Source: a virus. From it: 33,791 nt of DNA. The DNA is taken from the IMG/VR virus record IMGVR_UViG_3300045988_069152; one strand, 5' to 3'. The translations under genes were made by a program, and so were the position numbers. The notes beneath the pieces were generated by a model. It did not search any database. It was not told the origin of the DNA and was given only the letters and a program-made list of their open reading frames with translations. Each line of letters opens with the position of its first letter. The first letter of the stretch is position 1. Below, piece by piece: positions 30,827 to 33,791 of this stretch.

Positions 30827-31870
30827 TTATTCGTCCCATTTTATTGTGGTGGGTAGGGCATCCCCAAAAGTGGGCACCACATACATGCCCCCGTATTCGT
30901 AAACCTCGCAAAGTTCCGTAATTCTAAGGTTCTGTGCGGTGTTCCACTTTTTCTTTTTGACTGTTACAACGTCCCCCAGGTCATAGTCTTTTCCGTAAAT
31001 AAAATTAACGTCCGCTTCCGCTTCGGCTTCAAAATTTTCAAGCACCTTGTTTTCGTTAAGGTACTCCTGCCCCCTGGTCTTTAGGGCTTCCAAATACTGT
31101 GCATCCGTCAATTGGTCTTTGTTTATGTCTTTGGCATCCAAAAACACTTCCCGTAAATCAAACCCGGTTCCACCGCCTACGGTTACATAGATGCGGTTTA
31201 CGCCGTCCCCGGCTCCGCCCACAATAACTTTTGTTTTCATGGTGGCATCACTGTAATTGTGTTTTGCCTGGTTCAAATTATCGTAACTTTCCGAAAATAT
31301 AACCCTTGGGTTTGTGCCCTGGGCCTGGGTGCGGTCCACTCCCTTATAGGTTTCAAAGGTCATGGTCTTTTTTTTGAAATCCGGCACGATACGAAAACCG
31401 ATTTCTGCAAATCTTGCCAGTTTCGTGTGGTATTCCAGGACGTTTTTATAAGTGGCCTGGAATTGCACTTTTGTTTTGTCCCCGGTATCGGCTCCAATCT
31501 GTAATAACGGGATTTTTTCCATGCGGTTTAACATAAAGTGCATAGCATCTTCCACGGTGCCGTTAAAATTAAAAAGTGGCCCGGTCAAACGGTCCCCCAG
31601 GTATACGGGAAGAAAATATCCGTTTCTGGTAATCTCATTTACCAGGGTGCTTTCCTCTTCCGTCTGGTCCCCCCGTATCACGGCGGCTTCCTTTTTGTCC
31701 CCTTTGGTTATGATATTCCCCGGCTTTAAAAGTCTTAAATTTTCCGCCGTAACCGGGCAATGAAGTTCAAATGTACCGCACTCATAATATTTTCGGTGCC
31801 ACTGTAAGGATGTATGATTTTCAATGTGCCCCAACCGTTTAAGGTTGCGGTCATATACATGTATTTCCAT
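30827..31870 (-). CDS. Siphovirus Gp37-like tail protein (Tal-position)
   Basis: The N-terminus (MEIHVYDRNLKRLGHIENHTSLQWHRKYYECGTFELHCP) matches the pattern I recall for the ReqiPepy6 Gp37-like family. It follows Dit. Confidence 0.55.
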   Translation of the reverse strand: MEIHVYDRNLKRLGHIENHTSLQWHRKYYECGTFELHCPVTAENLRLLKPGNIITKGDKKEAAVIRGDQTEEESTLVNEITRNGYFLPVYLGDRLTGPLFNFNGTVEDAMHFMLNRMEKIPLLQIGADTGDKTKVQFQATYKNVLEYHTKLARFAEIGFRIVPDFKKKTMTFETYKGVDRTQAQGTNPRVIFSESYDNLNQAKHNYSDATMKTKVIVGGAGDGVNRIYVTVGGGTGFDLREVFLDAKDINKDQLTDAQYLEALKTRGQEYLNENKVLENFEAEAEADVNFIYGKDYDLGDVVTVKKKKWNTAQNLRITELCEVYEYGGMYVVPTFGDALPTTIKWDE

Positions 31871-31872
31871 GA

Positions 31873-32823
31873 TTACACCCCCAAATATGAAATTCTGTAA
31901 TATACCGATACGGAAAGGTAGTTGGTGCCCTCTTCGGCGGAATAGGTAAGTGTATTGGTTCCATCCTGCAACTGGATAAAGTCCCCGTCCTCGTCCAGGT
32001 ATTCATTTATCACGGTGCCGTATTTCTCAATAACTCTGTCCCAATCAATCACGCCGTAATTGTCTTTGTGGTTCTCAATCTCTGCCTGGGTTACACCATC
32101 CAAAAGGTATACATTTTTCTTTCCCGTATAGGTGTTTATAATGACGTACTGGCCGGATGACATGATAAAATCATTGTCTGTATATCCAACCTTGGTAAAT
32201 TCTCCGCTTTCGGCATGATAGATGGCCGGATTTTTCACGCCGCCATCTGCCCGGAAAATAACCACAATACCGATATTGTCGGCACCGCTTTCATTTTCAA
32301 TTTCCTTTACCAAATCCGCTTCACGGTGTCCAAATATGCGGCCCTCTTCCGGGAAGCACGCCGGGAAGTAGAAATCACTTACCCAGGATGCCATTACCAC
32401 TTCAATATCTGCCAGGTCCTTAAAATACGGGTCTGTGCATTTAAGGGAAATGGTATAATCTCGCACAACGCCCGTTGTATTTCCCGGTATGATGCTTTCC
32501 ACTTCGTATTCAATGGCTTTGGCTTCCCCGTCCTCTATATACTGCATGGTGCCCGTCCGCTTAATCGGAAAGGTGCGGTATAAAAGGTTACGGTTTGCCT
32601 TGTAATTGCTATCCATTTCCACGGTTAAGACAATATTTCTTTCCTTTGCCGTGGCTCCCTGGTAAGTGCTGCCGTCCGTTGTGGTGTTTTCGCTTGTTAC
32701 CACATTGCTTTCAATGCCGTAAATTCCCTCTATATCCAGTAAATGGAACGGGGTAAACTCGTCCCAGGTAAAGGTCAATGCCACGTTTTTATCACTGGTG
32801 CATATCACTTTAATATCTGACAT
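31873..32823 (-). CDS. Distal tail protein (Dit)-like phage tail family protein
   Basis: A 316-aa ORF immediately after the TMP stop. Confidence 0.6.
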   Translation of the reverse strand: MSDIKVICTSDKNVALTFTWDEFTPFHLLDIEGIYGIESNVVTSENTTTDGSTYQGATAKERNIVLTVEMDSNYKANRNLLYRTFPIKRTGTMQYIEDGEAKAIEYEVESIIPGNTTGVVRDYTISLKCTDPYFKDLADIEVVMASWVSDFYFPACFPEEGRIFGHREADLVKEIENESGADNIGIVVIFRADGGVKNPAIYHAESGEFTKVGYTDNDFIMSSGQYVIINTYTGKKNVYLLDGVTQAEIENHKDNYGVIDWDRVIEKYGTVINEYLDEDGDFIQLQDGTNTLTYSAEEGTNYLSVSVYYRISYLGV

Positions 32824-32829
32824 TTCCGC

Positions 32830-33791
32830 TTACCCCCTTTGCATTGCTAAAATCATGCTTCTTGTCTGTAATCTTGTTTGTCTTGCTACTTCATACGGGC
32901 TTAACGCCTTGGGGCTTGTAATGTTCACGTTCTGAACATATCCGCCACCGCCTTTTCCGGCGTTCTCCATGGCGTGGTTTTTTGCACTTCCCGTAAGTGG
33001 TGTAACAACGGCTTTTCCGTTTACCATGCTAAGAAGTTCCGGCCCGGCTTCTGCCACCATGGCCGTGCCCTCTCTAAGCACGCCGCCTTTTGCCAGTCTT
33101 GGCAATGACAATTCCCCTATTTTTCCCAGGGAAACGCCCGGTATTTCATTGATAATTCCAATTACACCGTTTATCATGCGGATAAATTTATTTACAACGC
33201 CCTCAATGGTAGCCAAACATGAGTTAATGGCAGATTTAAAGGCATCCCCTACGGCCGAACCGATTTTTACACCTACGTCAACGAAACATCCTTTAATTTT
33301 CTCCCACAAGCCGGAAAAGAAAGAAGTCACGTTGGCAAAGGCATTTTTAATATTGGTCCATGCGTTTTGAAACTGGGTGCCGAACCACTGCGGCACTGCT
33401 GCCAGGGCCGTTTTAATTTCCGTCCACCGGGCACCGAACCAAGAACCGATTGCCGCAAATACATTTGTCACATTGGTGTAGGCATTTGTGAACATAGTAA
33501 GGAACCACGTTGCCACCTGGGCCAGGGCGTTTTTAATATCCTGCCATCTGGCACCAAACCAGGAACCGATTGCCGCAAATATACGGGTTACGTTGTTGTA
33601 TGCGTTGGTAAACATGGTAAGAAACCACGTTGCCACCTGGGCCAGGGCGTTTTTAATATCCTGCCATCTTGCACCGAACCACTGGCCGATTGCTGCAAAT
33701 ACGTTTTTCACATTGGTGTAGGCATTTGTGAACATGGTAAGGAACCACGTTGCCACCTGGGCCAGGGCGTTTTTAATATCCTGCCATCTGG
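32830..33791 (-). CDS. Tail tape measure protein, C-terminal part (open at the right window edge; the track start at 33756 is an internal Met)
   Basis: It contains 40-aa tandem repeats (WFGARWQDIKNALAQVATWFLTMFTNAYTNV..FAAIG). The frame is continuous with 1..2042 if position 1 is equated with 33767. Confidence 0.85.
   Translation of the reverse strand, partial: RWQDIKNALAQVATWFLTMFTNAYTNVKNVFAAIGQWFGARWQDIKNALAQVATWFLTMFTNAYNNVTRIFAAIGSWFGARWQDIKNALAQVATWFLTMFTNAYTNVTNVFAAIGSWFGARWTEIKTALAAVPQWFGTQFQNAWTNIKNAFANVTSFFSGLWEKIKGCFVDVGVKIGSAVGDAFKSAINSCLATIEGVVNKFIRMINGVIGIINEIPGVSLGKIGELSLPRLAKGGVLREGTAMVAEAGPELLSMVNGKAVVTPLTGSAKNHAMENAGKGGGGYVQNVNITSPKALSPYEVARQTRLQTRSMILAMQRG
33380..33791 (-). 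repeat. Coding tandem repeat, period 120 nt, about 3.5 copies here, continuing into 1..~110
   Basis: The 25-mer GCGTTTTTAATATCCTGCCATCTGG recurs at 33527, 33647, 33767 and 1. A diverged copy lies near 33407. Confidence 0.85.

Noticed and set aside
2455-33403. GGCAGCAG is identical to part of the conserved 16S rRNA segment used in universal primers, raising the idea of an rRNA fragment or rRNA pairing
   Set aside because: No rRNA gene or extended rRNA similarity is present. The phage transcripts carry the same sense as the rRNA, not its complement, so base pairing to that 16S segment is not expected.
1-33791. Search for tRNA, tmRNA, integrase/attP, CI/Cro-type divergent switch and toxin-antitoxin pairs
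   Set aside because: I saw no cloverleaf-like tRNA candidates, recombinase motifs or divergent promoter pair. The RHH operon is the only repressor-like module. Absence was judged by eye only and should be confirmed with tRNA and HMM scans.

Overview
This window looks like a complete, circularly closed siphovirus-type (HK97-like) phage genome of about 33.77 kb, from a Firmicutes/Clostridia-like host. The first 25 nt equal the last 25 nt, and the tape measure reading frame stays open across that junction. Every credible gene is on the minus strand; the plus-strand ORFs in the track are antisense shadows.

Genes in minus-strand transcription order:
- An autoregulated ribbon-helix-helix (RHH) operon behind a consensus promoter with two palindromic operators (24.3 kb).
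- A promoter-rich GC-rich spacer and a 171-aa accessory gene.
- An IS30-family transposase followed by tandem terminators, plus an IS30-HTH-only paralogue.
- An early region with a C5 cytosine methyltransferase, an OGG1-type HhH-GPD DNA glycosylase and a HAD-like phosphatase.
- A plasmid-like maintenance block: an HUH rolling-circle Rep-like protein, ParA, ParB and a frame-disrupted VRR-NUC nuclease.
- A putative late regulator, then HNH, TerS, TerL, portal, ClpP protease, major capsid protein, connectors, major tail protein, G/T chaperones (-1 frameshift) and tape measure.
- Dit, a Gp37-like tail protein and fibre genes.
- A canonical diversity-generating retroelement (DGR): Mtd-like target with a C-terminal variable repeat (VR), then Avd, the template repeat (TR) and the reverse transcriptase (RT).
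- Holin and a multidomain endolysin.

No integrase or serine recombinase is present. Together with Rep and ParAB, this suggests an episomal phage-plasmid lifestyle.

The least explained signals are:
- The octamer GGCAGCAG occurs at least 26 times, always on the coding strand, in all three frames and in intergenic DNA. It may be Chi-like or another polar signal.
- A three-copy box, GGGTCAGAAT-N17-TAMMAT, sits in front of the packaging, portal and lysis blocks.
- All 13 substituted adenines in the DGR VR are A-to-G.
- A plus-strand promoter-hairpin-U-tract unit lies upstream of rep and may be a countertranscript.

All calls come from reading the sequence and translations by eye. No database search was run.
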